A program made the translations under genes and the position numbers. This document shows, in pieces, positions 37,730 to 51,234 of a DNA stretch of 64,000 nucleotides. The notes beneath the pieces are model-generated. The model made no database searches. It was not told where the DNA came from and saw only the letters and a list, made by a program, of their open reading frames with translations. The DNA comes from Gracilinanus agilis (taxonomy: Eukaryota). Where the stretch lies: contig NC_058132.1 in NCBI RefSeq assembly GCF_016433145.1, positions 178,732,363 to 178,796,362 on the forward strand. Direction: 5' to 3'. Numbering within the stretch: the first letter of the stretch is position 1; each line of letters starts with the position of its first letter.

Positions 37730-38440
37730 TACACTATAAGCCCTTGGAGAGCAGAATCACTTATGGATGTATCTTTCTACCACCAGAACCCAGGTAGTGC
37801 TTGCTTTTTCCTTGCTATATTCCAATCAGCTTAGTATAGGAGAGAAGACATTATCAATACAGTTAAGACAGATCTGGCTTGGAAGCTCATCCTTGTCACT
37901 TGTACGAGTCACTGGGCAAGTCACAACATCTCTGAGACTCAGTATTTTTCTTTGTGAAATGAGCATAATAATACCTACAGCATTTAGCTCACAGGGTTAC
38001 TATTAATGGTCAAATGAGATAATATATGTGAAAAACTTTAAAAACTTTAAAACTATAGCCAAATATTCATAACTGTTATAGCCTAATCAATAAATGACTA
38101 AATAAGATTTTGACTATCGACAAATGGATAATTAATCACCTTTAGATGTGGCCGTACAGGCATTTGATAGGTATTTTTTAAAAACAATTTAAAACAGTAT
38201 GTTAGGGAGGGAGCAAGTTGTACTCAAAAGATTGCTGATCTCCAGAGTCAGGAAGACCTAAGTACACTGTGACATTAGCCAATCCCTTCACTAAACTTCA
38301 GTTTCTTCATCTGCAAAATGGGGACAATAAATCAATAATACCTGCCTTACATGGTTGTTTTAACCACTAAATGAGATAATGTCTGTAAAAAGCTTTCTAA
38401 GTCTTAAAAAACTTTCATAAAGATTTGCTGTTGTTATTAA
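37730..38440 (+). mobile_element. L2 tail followed by two MIRs (~37840-38080, ~38210-38440)
   Basis: gtaagcccttggagagcagaatc-like L2 tail; ctcagtatttttctttgtgaaatgag…tcaaatgagataatatatg; cttcagtttcttcatctgcaaaatgggg…aatgagataatgtctgtaaa. Confidence 0.7.
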
Positions 38441-40455
38441 GATCCTTATTTTTTCCCTCTTGCCTTATTTCAATAAAAATTTTTTTAAAAAGATCTCAAA
38501 TAGAAAAGTATAGTCTTCAAAAAGGTGAAATTGCCAATTTCTTGTATTTTTCTCCCTTTTCGTAAGTAGAGAGCTCTTATCCAACCAGCCCCCATTGAAT
38601 GTAATATATATTTAAATAACTACTTGTGTGTGCTCCATTAAACCTATAAAACAACAAGTACATACCTCTTTAGGAGTCCAGAGTCTTCATTAAAGAGAAT
38701 TTAAAGGCAATTATTTTTAAATAACTTATGTTTCCAGATTCACTTGATGTGTTATAAAACCATATTGATTTGATAGTCAGCAATACTTAAGATCAACTGA
38801 ATTGAGGCAGTAGCTGTTTCAAAATTCAGCTTAATAGTTTTATCTGTTCTTATTGATATAATTCAAAATTTGGATAATGGACTTAGAAACAGAATCTTGA
38901 TTCTTAGAATTGTAGTATTGCTGAAGTTTCTAATCAGCTTAAGAGGCCAAGGATACAGAACCTAGCTAAACTGGCCATTAATAGTCAAAAAAAAAAAGGT
39001 ACAGGATATGATTGGAAATAAAAGTGAATGCTGTGCCTTTTGATTTCCTTGCATCATCTGAAAAAATTAACTTCTACTAGGATGTTAATAGGTATAAATG
39101 TGTTCATGAAAACATTTTTCCCTGAAGGAGTAATTCTAATGGTTAGCTAGTAGGGAAGATATTTGGGGCAGCTAGATCTTCAGATCAAATCCTAGAGTCT
39201 ATTCAGTGGTGACCCTGTCAGCTTTCCAGTTAAAATGAAACTCCTTTCAGTTTGAATTTGCTTTAGGGGGGAAAAAATCTAGTCACTCTATTATGTTGTT
39301 AAAGTAGATCAGTGTAGAAATTCCAAAAGATCTGGGATAAGAGATTTTTAGCAAAAAGCTTTGGAATTAATTCAAGCAATGATTCAAGAGCAAGGCCAAG
39401 CTCTCTGGCCTTCGGCATTTGGTGCTAAGGACTCCTGTCTAAATGCACTACAGTTTCTTTTGAGATTTGGTCATATCAAGCATAAAAGACACACTTGTGA
39501 CCAATGCATTTCCAACACAAACTATCTCTTTTTTTAACCTCCCTCTTCTTTTATAAAATGCCTAACACTAATGTGTAGGCCAAGGAAGGGGAAAGGAGGA
39601 AGCAATAAGAAGACTTCACATAAGAGATATAAAAATACAAATGATTTTTTCCTATTATTATCTTTTTTCCCCTCAATATCTTTTTTAAAGCAAATACCCA
39701 TTCTAATTGGGTAAGTGCATTCTATTTCAGAGATAGGGAATTGACCTCTCATGTTGTAATCTCTTATAAATATAAGTGGCTTTTCCTGTTGCAGGAACAC
39801 TGCCAGAACTACAGACCTGCATCAAAAATGAATGGGTACCATTAAATAATTCAGCCCATTCTTAAGCTTCCATGGAACTGAAGCAACATGACCTCCTGAC
39901 TTACATTTAGAAGAAAAGAACACTTCATATCCTCTTCATATTAAGTGAGATCACCTAGGACTCTATAATTTAGTAATTTCCAACTGTGTACTTACTATAT
40001 CCTGTATTCCTACAGCGACATATATAATGAGTCTCCACAGGCAGCAGGTTAGACAGTAGGCAACCCTCACCACCTTTATTTCTCTTCTCACTATGCATGG
40101 ATGGCTTTTATTGGTGGAAGAAAAAAAATCAATAAACAGGAAATGATATAAAGAAATAAAAGAGCTATTAAATGTCTGTTATAAATGGTGTATTGCTTAA
40201 TATCTCCCCACTGACAACATATGTGTTCGCTGCAAGGAGTAATAAATAACTGGATGTAACCTAAAAACCTTTGTAGTTAAAATAAGATGGTAGAGATTTA
40301 TTTGGGGGAGCCTTCTATCACTGATTAACAAATCAAAAGAGACATTGTCAGCATAATAATGAGAAGGTGGTTGGGGGGGAGAAGTATAAGTTATAATAGT
40401 AATAAAATTTCAGCTCCTTCCTGCCATACATCTAAATGCTGTGTTATGTTGACAG

Positions 40456-40551
40456 ATCTGGGAAATTTTAGTGGCCGGACAAGAAGTGCAGTCTCTGTGA
40501 GGGAAGGCCAGGGGGTTGTTCTGATGTGTTCTCCTCCGCCTCATTCACCAG
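40456..40551 (+). CDS. CNTN5: Internal coding exon of contactin-5 (NB-2), start of Ig-like domain 2; 96 bp, phase 1-1
   Basis: Acceptor gttgacag|AT at 40455/40456 and donor CAG|gtacag at 40551/40552. It translates to (Y)[31 protein letters not shown](E), which matches my recollection of human CNTN5, including exon length and phases. I found no neighbouring exons (…SREATLQFA; EIIYSWVFNEF…) in the window, consistent with very long flanking introns. Confidence 0.95.
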
Positions 40552-41629
40552 GTACAGTAGGATTCCCATTATGGATTGCTTCTGTTCTCTTTGACTATAT
40601 GCTCATTTGTTTGAATGGTGTGGTGTGTTGACTGTGAAACATCCCAAATGAAATATGTGTATTGCACTCGATACATCTCTGAGTACCAGAGGGGTAATTA
40701 AAGATCCTTCATTCTAAATGCCATTGAGAGACTGAATTCCAATAAGATTGTTTTATTGCCATTCTAACTATTGACTCTCATGGTCATGCCTCTGTTGTCA
40801 CCAGTGACTTATATACTACCTGAAGTTTATTAATGAAGAAGCTATGTGGAGAGAGGAGAGAAACTTTTCAAAACTTCTTTGGAGTGCCAGAGTTGAGTTG
40901 CATGCCTACTGAATACCATTGTGCATCCTCTTTCAAGGCATAAGCTAGACACATTAGTAGTATTCATTACTATAGTCTAACCAAGACCATTAAGAGACCA
41001 TTTTTTAAAGTTTCCACTAGAACTGTATAATATAGTATCTTGCCTCATTTTCTGTGTACTAGGACTTTTGCTTGTAAAACTCATGTTAAGGAATAAGTGG
41101 TTTTAATAAATTTTCACATAAATTTAATAAATTTGCACATTAAGCATGTACCCTTTTGGCAATTCATGGCTTTTTTCTTAGGCTGGAGTTCTATAGTTTG
41201 AGATGAGTTCCCCTAAGTTCAGCTATGAGAGCACTTCTTGTTTCATAGGAACCCATATTTCCATAAAAGAGGAAATCAAAGATCCACATTCTCTAAAACC
41301 CATGAGCTTATGATTGATCTATCTCTAATTAAGAAAATCTAGAGGAAAAAAATGAAAGAACATTCAGTTTCCATGTACTCTGGTCACTTTTCCTTTATGA
41401 CTAACATGAAGTATAAAATTGCTTTTAAACATTGTTAGTCATGCAGTAGAGGAGCACAACTCTGGGATATATTTTGAAAATCAGAAATAACAAAAGTTAT
41501 ATAAAGATGTATCTTTAAAATCTCTCTTTCTTTGATAACAGACCCTTTTCTGATATAGGTTTGGGTTATTGTCGACTTTTTAAAATTAGATTTTGAAATG
41601 AAATTTTTTTCAAGTTGATGATGTAGCCT

Positions 41630-41760
41630 TTAAATAAATACAGTAAGTTCCTGCTGTGTGCCAGGTACAGTGCTAAGTTATGGGGACAGAAATTCAAAAA
41701 GAAGATAGTGCCTGCTTTCCACAAGCTCATAGTCTAATTGGGGAAGACAACAGACAAAAG
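41630..41760 (-). mobile_element. L2 3' terminus
   Basis: cctgctgtgtgccaggtacagtgctaag…cctgctttccacaagctcatagtctaattgggg. Confidence 0.7.
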
Positions 41761-42397
41761 GAAAAGCAGAAAAGGAGTGGATAAGCACGAATATGATGGA
41801 GTCCAGCCCAAAAGAGTATAGTAAAATAGGAAGGAAAGAAATGGCTGGCCTACAATTCCACTTTAAGTGGAAGCTTTGGAAGGAGTTCTTTGTTCTAATC
41901 AGAGGGGCAAGGAATACTGAGAGCACTGATGTGTAATTACGGATGCTGATGCAATCTCAAAGGAAGATATTTCCTGATGATGAGGTTCCTGAGAGACAGG
42001 ACCGTGGTGGAGTCCAGTTCAAAGGAGTGTAGTCAGGTAGGAAATTAAGAGACTTCTGGCTAAGGAGCCTTCTTTAAACTATGTGACTGAGATAGAAGTT
42101 TTTCTGCCCACAAGTTAGAACCTCTTGAGTTTAATACTTTGATTATTTTGAAGTGGGTATAAATGACTGAGAGAGGGCGGACTTCTAAGTTCAAATGAAC
42201 TTTTTTGGCCTTACCTACTTCAGATTTTTCTGGGGGTTAGAGAATAGTTCTAAATTATATTTCAAATTTTAAAATATTTTTAAATGTTTACTTAACATTA
42301 ATAAACAAATAGCAAATTTTTTCACATAGCACATTTTTCCTATGGTTTTGCTTCCATTCTATCAACAACTTAAAAAGCCTAGAATTTTATGGTAGCA

Positions 42398-42497
42398 TAC
42401 TAAGGTGTCCTAAAAATCTTGGTGCAACTCCACCAAATTTATTAATGTTCATTTTTAAGTTCACTTAATGGTTAGTGGACTTTTGAGGCACTTTATA
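42398..42497. mobile_element. Probable Tc1/mariner MITE (~100 bp)
   Basis: Degenerate TIRs taaggtgtcctaaaaatc / gacttttgaggcacttta (13/18 match, all mismatches transitions); TA-rich flanks. Confidence 0.5.
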
Positions 42498-45379
42498 TTA
42501 ATTGATGGATAAGCATTATGGCAGTTTGTATTTTTTACAAAATTCAAATTATGTTTAAGATTTCCTGTCAATGGATTTGAAGTTTAAGGAACTGGCTTCA
42601 AATTTGATGCACCTCTTGTCTGACTTTGAACAAGTCATTTAATATTCCTGGACCATAGTTTTCTCAGATGCAAAATGAACTAAATAACCACTGTGGTCTT
42701 TTTTTTTATTACTGTCTTTCCTCCTAGGAGGACATTTTCTCCTGCACTGAGGATATTTTTTTATGTATACCTCAGCATTATATTCACTGAGGAAAATTAC
42801 ATTCCTAAGTTGGTGGGGTGAGGACTAATGGTTAACCCTCTAAAATAGTTTGTGATCCAAAACACTTTTTTGGGTTATGGAGAGTACTAGTCTCATCTTG
42901 TGCAAACTTAACTTCAATTTGTCCATTTCTATCCATTATGTCAACTCAATGTAGGAATGACATCTACTTCCCCATCATAATAGCTGCTTAGCAGGAAATG
43001 GTACAAAAAGGGTTGAGGACTATTAATAAATATGTTTGAGAATAAATTGTTGTGAGAAGTGAAAGGAAAGAGGAACAAAAATCCCTTTTTCATTGGTCTG
43101 GCTTAAAGAAGACAAATTACAAAGGATGGTTACTGTAGAGATAAACTCTGGGCCATGTTTGCTTTGGAATCAGGATAAAAAAGCAAGCAAATGGAACCAT
43201 TGCCATGATTGATTTGGGAAGAAAAAAACACAATGAAAAGAAAATTGGCAGAAATGTATTTTTTTTATTTTTCATAAACAAACATTACTGATCATGAACC
43301 ATTTGGGTAAATACTTTTGAAAGATTCACAGACAAAGCAACGGTCCATGAAGAACACACTGAAGGTCAAAATTTAGATGCTAAGTGATCAGTGGCAAACT
43401 TTATCAATTATCCTTATAATTAGTCATCATATAAAGCACATATAGCATATGGTCAATATGGAAGAAATAAAATATGACTTTCTCAAATTTATATTTCATT
43501 TTATTTTGGTAGATTAACAAGCTGATAAATGAGAAAATGTCTTCCCTAAACATTTCATTTGGTAATACCAAAAGAAATCAGCTGTTTAAAATAATTTGTG
43601 CTGGCTTCTAAAAAGACTACTCTCTACAAAGGATTTGATATTAACTGGGTACTATATTCCTTTAACTGTTATTTAATAATTTTTAATCTATTCTACCCTG
43701 AATTCTTATTATAATTCCAATTCTAGTAATTCTTATTCACTATTTTCCCTATTCTAGCTATTCTTATTTTTAAAGGTATTAAGCTTTATTATGCTTATAG
43801 AAGGTAACTATACTACAGGAATCTTTATTGCCAAAACATTATCTACAAATTAAAATTCTGTAAATGGAAACATATTTTCATATTGATTCTAATTATATAC
43901 TGGCAGATACAATTCTAAAGACTAAAATAACCTGCTCCTACTTAATGATGGCAATGGAACTTGGCAATGATGATACCAGTGATGTTGGTCATGGTAGGAG
44001 AAATATGATACAGATAAGGTTTTCATTTCTATGCATCTCTTTAAAGTACTAGTATGGATACCACATATTAGAGTCCCTTAGGGAAAACATGACTTGATTC
44101 TATAGCCTTGTTCAGTCAGTTTAAAAAGAGCCTCTCAAATCCATCCTATCAATGCTTCCTCTACCTCACATGCCTATCTGATGTCACTTCTTCCTCTATG
44201 AAGCTTCTAATTGCCTTCTACAGTTATCTCTGTTCACTTATCATATTTAATGAGTAGCTTCTGGGATTTTCTTCTTGACCTCTTAAGACTCCAGTCTTAG
44301 CAAATTTTAAGTATAAACAGGAATTGGTTGTATGTATAGTCAGTGCTTTATGGAAACCAATTCTACCTTAGTATCTTTATTGGAAAAGTCCCTAATTTAG
44401 AAGGAAGAACCATGCTAAGCAGTTCTTATAGAAATGGACTAAGAGATTGTGATAGGACTCTTTCAAAAAGGAATAATTGCAGAAAATTATCAGATTTGTA
44501 AGCTTTAATGAGGTATTGTTTTCCCATAAGATGGCCACAAACAGAAGATAGGTTGCATATCCAGAAAAATGTAAATCTTGTGGCCTCTGAATTATGATTA
44601 TATGTAAATGACTTTTACATTAAATAATATAAAATATCTTACTCTACCTATATTCACCAAAGTAGCTGATTTTATTACCTTTTATAGGTTCTTTTATAGA
44701 ATTCATTATATTTCTTCCATTTATCCTTAGAACTATAGCATGATGTAAAGACCACCTTTCTAATGTGTACCCTTTTTTTCTATGACATATATAAAATTGC
44801 CTTCATTTTGCCTGAATTAGATGTAAACTAACAGTGGCACAAATATGGTGTTAGAGATGGTAGGAAATAGCACATTTTATAACTGAATCCTCAGGAAATA
44901 TATAAAGAATTTGTCTTCCCTCATAAACTATGCTAATTTGTGGATTTCTTTTTAATAATAAAGGACTCTTACATTTTCATTGTTGGGAAACCTGGCAGAG
45001 AAAATAATTTTACATTGATATAGAGAGCATCAGAATTGTTATTAAATTTGAACATTTCCTTAATTTTAGATCTTTTTTTTTAGAAGAAATAATAGCCATA
45101 CTGGTAGAAAATATGTTCTTCTTTATCACTAAAATAAAAGTGTTAAGAGTAGTTAAAATTGACTCTCCATTAGCTCTAATATTTGATAATGCTAGAATCA
45201 TTTAAATTATATACTTTTCAATTCTGAACATTTTTACTTTAGACTTACTTATCATTTGACATAATGAATATTATGAAGTTTAAAAAAAGCAAACAAAACT
45301 GAAAAATCAAGCTAAAGAATGGTAGTTTGATGGCAAATAATCAAAATATCCAGAAGAAATAAGAGCTCTATACAAACTT

Positions 45380-45600
45380 CACAATAACAATCACAACACA
45401 CTTTTATATGATACTTTTGTGTCTAAAAAGTTTTCTTCACAACAACTTTATGACAAGAGTATAAATGTGAATATCCCTATTTTATGGATATATAAAGAGA
45501 GACTCAGAGAACTCCAATGACTTGCTCTGAATTATATAGCAACCATCATCAGATCTCTTGACTTTAAATTCAGAGATCTTTCAATTACATCACACCAAAT
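45380..45600 (-). mobile_element. MIR
   Basis: ttttcttcacaacaactttatgac…ccctattttatggat…gactcagagaactccaatgacttgc. Confidence 0.65.
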
Positions 45601-46949
45601 ACTCTTTAGCTTACTTTTTTAAAACAAAGAATGCTTCATAATCTGATTAGGATTTCCTACTGGTCAAGTGAGGTCTTATTTTCTGACTTTGAGATCAATA
45701 ACTTCTCCAAACCTCTTTGTAACATTGTTGTTAGGGGATAGAACTACTAGATCTACCTCACCAATGAATTATTTGGACTTTTAATCTAGAAGTTTTTTTT
45801 TAAAGTAGTATATGATCAGATCTGCATAATATCTGATTCCAGGACATAATAGCAAAGTTGTCCTAAGCATTTTATGGTATTATTAAAAGTGCCTAATTCT
45901 CATTCCTCAATAGTTGTCTGTACACTGAAATTGAATTCCTTCTAATCACATTCAACAAAGCATTTCTTGATTCTTTATTTATTATCGTACAATAGCAATA
46001 GTATAGAAATGATGTTTGTCAATTCATACATTTTCAAAGTTTGAAATAAAACACAGAAATAGTCAAAACCTCAATTTTCTCATTTCCTCAAATGATGTAT
46101 ACTTTTCTCTGAGAAAAGCAAAAGCTAGAGATTGACAGATCCACTAAATCCCATTGTTTGCTTCCCAAGAGGTCAATAACAAGCACTGTCAGCAACATAT
46201 GTAAATGAAAAAATCTTGATTGGCTACTGAGGCTGTTATTCATCTACCAGAAAATGAATATTTTTTTCTTTCTTAGATGGTTAAGCACATCTGCCCTAAA
46301 TGAGTTTGGTTGCCAAGAAACAGCTCTTTGTACTTTAGAAATTCAGGGTTATACTTGGAATAGGAGAGATTTGCAAAAATGAATAATAAAAAAGCATTCA
46401 GAATATCTGTTACAATATTCAGATTGGTTTATGAGTTTTTAGAGAATATCAGCATGGATAGTCTTTTTAACAAAGGAGTCAGTATCTATTGACTTTCATT
46501 TTTCATATATTGGCATAATGGAATAGAATAGCCCACACCTGACATCTCCCCATAGAGTAAACAATAAAGTGAACTGTACTATACTAGTTTAAAACTGAGT
46601 CCTGACTTTAAAAAAATGTTAAAAACAACTATTGTTAATATAGAATAATTGAATTCCGTAAAAAAATATTTCATATGATTTGGAATAATTTGTTTCTCTA
46701 CTTGTGTCTACTTTCTATTAAAATTATTTGTGGAAAAGTAAAATTCAGAGAAAAAAAAGAAAAAGAAAATTCAGGAAATCAACTGGTTATTTTTTGCCAT
46801 GATAACAAGAAACTTTCTTAAGTGAGTTTTCAAAAACTCAATTAAAATTTTTTGCCAGTATAGATACTACCTATGGGAAATTTTGTTCATAATACCTTCT
46901 CCTTAGGTTGTTTTCTTCTATTTTTAAAGGTCATGTAATCATACACTAA

Positions 46950-47870
46950 GGGCAAGAAGGGGCATTCCTGATAATTTAGTCAAACCCCATCATTTCACAA
47001 ATGAGTAAACAAGTTCAGAATCTCAGTGACCTGGCTGAAGTCTTACAATTCGTATATAGCCATTATTATTTGAACCGATCTTCTAACAAATCCTACCCTC
47101 TTCTCCTAGTACTACACATTATTTCCATGTATTATGAAAATTCATAATGATCTAAGCAGGATAGGTTCATAGAGCCTTCCAAACTAGGAGGAAAGGAACT
47201 TAACAGAGAAAATGTTTGATTTTTTTTTGAAGAATAAAATAACTAATTTTATAAATGAAGAAACCAAAACCAAGAGAGGTTAAGTCCCTTGACCAACATC
47301 ACACAGATAATAAGTGGCAGAACTAAAAATAAAATGCAGTTCCCTTGTAAAATCCAGCTCTTTTTCTACTGTGCCACTTTGCCTCCCTAAGTTCTATAGC
47401 GTACAGAAGACCTGGGTTCTAATCTTATCTTTGAGATTAAGAAGGATTGTGACTATAGACGAATTAATTCTTATATTAGTCATTTGCAAAAAGGACACTA
47501 TAATACCTGTGCAACCTATCTCAGGATTCTTTTGAAGTTTAAATGATATAGTGTTCTTAAGTCATTTTGCAAACTTTGCAGTGTATAGTGATGAAATGAA
47601 TTCACTTTATTATAAATATCATAGAGAAAGATATTAGAGCCCATTCAATCTCCTCATTTAAAAGCTCAGGAAAACAATGCCAAGAGAGATTACATAGCTT
47701 TGCTTAAGAATCACATAGAGTAAAAGTGGCAGAATGGGTGTTCAAATCTAGAACCTCTAGTTTCAACCTTGTGACAACAAAGATTGTTACTACCTTTATT
47801 TTATATCCCCTTAACCCGCTACAATTCCTGACACCCAGTAAAAACTGAATAAATGTTTGCCAATTGATAG
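46950..47870. mobile_element. Cluster of four MIR fragments (-, -, +, -) plus an L2 tail
   Basis: Repeated core motifs (gaaaccaaaaccaagagaggttaagtcccttgacc; gtggcagaactaaaaataaaatgcag; cctgtgcaacctatctcagg). Confidence 0.6.
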
Positions 47871-50800
47871 GCCTCAATGGTCAAGACTAATTTTTTTTAA
47901 TTAATCAGACTTTAAAGTTTAAAATTTTATTTCAGAGAACATGATTTAACCTGAACATCTATGGACTAAGGAATCATGCTGTCATGAAATTTTATGCCAT
48001 TTGCATAGTTCATTAGTATATTTTGTAAAATCTCCCAAATTTAAGATTGAATTTTCACCACATAAAAATGTAGCTCATGTTTGCCAAAATTAGTTTACTC
48101 AATTCTGTCCAATCTTTACTTATCAACTATTTTAGACCATATTTTGTATGTTATCACTACTGTCTTTCACCTCTTTTTGTATACCCAGCATTTAGCATGA
48201 TGCCTGGCACAGAGTAGGTACTTAATAAAGATTTAATAAATAACTCCATTTCAAGGACCTATAATCAATAGTTGCAGACTTTAGCACCTCTATTACTCAA
48301 TAGATGGTCTTTGTGGTTATGTTTATTGGTTGAATATTTATTCCAAAAATTATTCCTTTTTACTATTACATTGTCTCAGTAGACATCCTGTCTTCACTCC
48401 CTCATATATCTCTTACTTTTTCACATTTTAATATTTCCTTTGGTTTCTGCTGATTTTTTGCATTTTGGGTGTGGTTCAAACCAATTTTTCTGAAACTACT
48501 ACCCTGGCAAAGCTCATGTACGTCTCAGTGTTCTAAGATCTCATTAAGAATATAAGTTGTGGAAGAGATGATGGCCTAAATGGATTTCCTTATTTGAGAA
48601 ACTCCTTTGCCTATCTCTTATCTCAAAAAATCTGAGTATACAATATAATATATAAGGGTTATTTCTACAGAAATATCAGCATTAAGTTTACTGAAATAAC
48701 ATATACAGCATACTCAGAATGTGAAGCCAAAGCACTGAGATCATGAAAACCTAAATATATCTTCCAGCTATTTGATTTATTTTAGAGGTCGTTAGTATTG
48801 TCAACTTACAGTATCACCCTTAGTTTCTAACTCAAATATAATTTAATTGGTTCAGTTAAAAGTATAACAAAGCAGTAATTTCATTTTATGCTATGCTGTC
48901 TAGCCTATAGTTTTTCAAAGCTAACTTCACTTTCACATCCAAATTAATTCTACATGTATTTTAGAAGTGATAAGAAATAAAAGAAATAAGAGATTTGCCA
49001 AGTTTAAATGAGGTTTTTCTAAAACAGAAGAATATGTTCTATTATATATGTGTCACACCACTTGAAAAGACTGTTCAAAGAAAAATAATTGGTGATGACT
49101 TTACTGATCTCTCCTTTCCATATAGACCTTTATATTTTAATATGTCAACCATTATAGTACTGATAATCTAGAGTTTTCTTCCAATCTTAGTCACCCAAGG
49201 CTTTGAGAAGTAGAGTCTCTTTTTTTCCATTCCATTCTTGACACACCCTCTAAATCTACTTATGAGATCAGATAAATGGAAGTCATAGATTCTTTCTAAG
49301 ATTTTCTAAGATTTTGAAAACCCAGAGCACTAATCCAGAAACACTTTTGACTGATACAGAAATGTTCCTATGGCTTTCTAATATGTATAGGGACTACAAT
49401 GGGATGTCACATACAGATAGCAATGCCTTATAAGCCTGAGAAGTCTTTAAAGGATGTATAAAGCTTATTTTGATTAAGTCAGAACAGTAGGAAGATTACT
49501 GAAGCTAGAGTCATGGAATCTGAATTTGAATCTCAAATCTCTTACTTACTACCTGTGTGTGACCTTGGTTTAGATACTTTACCTTTTTGGACCTGTTTTA
49601 TTATTTTTAAAATAAAGAAATTAATTTATTTTTATATATTATGCATATACAATTATTTGTAATTAATAATTATTAAAAATTATATTTCATTTTTTATTCC
49701 TTTTATTTTAATTCTTTTTTACTCTGTTTTGATTTTTTAATTTAATTTAATTTTAACTCATCTTTTAACTGGCAAAATTTTGGGTGCTAAACTATTTCAA
49801 GATTGTTGAAAACTCAGTACTTGAGGAGGTTGAAAAAATACTTAAACGCAAAAAGACCTATGTAACCCCTTAGAAAAAAAGACACATAGGAAACACTTAA
49901 TATATGTTTAGTGACTGAATGACTAGTTTAACCAGTCAAGGCCCCTGTTGTCACCCTTCTTTATTTTGAAATGTGAGATTTCTCAGCATTGGCCATATTC
50001 TCCTGCCAGCCTTAGGCTCAAATCCTGTGAAAATAATCCCACAGGCCTCACATGAGAACATCCATCTAGGCTCCATTAACCAAGCATGTGTGACTGAAAA
50101 AGTTTTATTTTGTTTTGGTTTTTTCCTTGTGACCAACAATCTAGTCATAAGTTTCTTGCAGTGTAGTGAGGCTAGCCCTGGGGAAAGCAAAACCATCATT
50201 AATCAGTCTAATATTTGAAAATGAGTTTAGGTTCTGCCAGAGCTTATTCGGCACTATCATAACCTCAAGGAATTCAGGATAACTCCTACACACACATATA
50301 CCACTCTGAGCCATTTCAGTAAGAAGACTTCAGTGGGGAACCCTAAAATGTTAGAATCCTTTGCAAATGCAAATGTCACCATCATGGTTTAGTTATATGT
50401 TGTTAAAAGTCTTTACTTTCTATCTTTCCTTCCATCTTTTTCCAAAACATAGCATGATCTAGTTTTACCAAATATTCCTTAAGCTATGAATCCATTCTTC
50501 CTCTAAATAGATTTTACATTTGTTTTACTTTATAATCCTTCATAAATTGACCTCTTCTTACATGAAGGGCACCAAAAATCAATACTGATTTCATAAGCAT
50601 TGATACGTGAACCCCCTTCATCTATGAAGATGGCTAATTGGTTGGCTACTGAGGCAGAAATTTTTAGAGAATTGTCTTGTTCACTGAGAAAAGAAGTAAG
50701 ATTGTTACACAGTTATTATATGTCAGTAGTAGGAACTAAAACGTACCCTTTGTAACACCATGGTCCATCCTGAACCCATTATAGCCCATATGCGCAAAGC

Positions 50801-51234
50801 ATTTTTTAGAAACCTTAAAATACTATACAAACATTAGTTAATAGTAGTAGAAATAAGAGCAATAGCCGTAGTGGTTTCACTCTACACTACTTGTCAAAAT
50901 ATACCGTAGTTATAATAAACTCAGTGCCTAATATTCAGGTTTACAAATAATCATAGCCAAATATCTAAATTTCATTCTTAATCTACCTTGAGTGTCAATT
51001 CATTTCTTACGAATGGAAAACTAAATTGCTTGATGATTCCTAGATCATTAGTTTCAAATAACTTACATAATGGATCTTTTTATTGGTTTTTGGCTTTTAA
51101 AAAGGACTCAAGGATAAAAATTTTCAAGACATAAAATAGTAAATTTATAATTGTAGTAATGATAGGTGTCAGTGCTACTGTTTAGTGATAAAGGGTCTTA
51201 CCCACATCCCATCCAATTACTGCATTATCTAGGT

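Noticed and set aside
39795-39835. Strong acceptor ttttcctgttgcag followed by 41 bp and gtacca
   Set aside because: Poor donor, frameshifting length, and no contactin-like peptide
40017-40048. Exon-like 32-bp segment (cctacag|CGACATATATAATGAGTCTCCACAGGCAGCAG|gttaga) upstream of the CNTN5 exon
   Set aside because: Not a multiple of 3, weak donor, and no match to the CNTN5 protein as I recall it
49600-49770. Extremely AT-rich tract
   Set aside because: Low-complexity sequence with no clear periodicity or long inverted repeat
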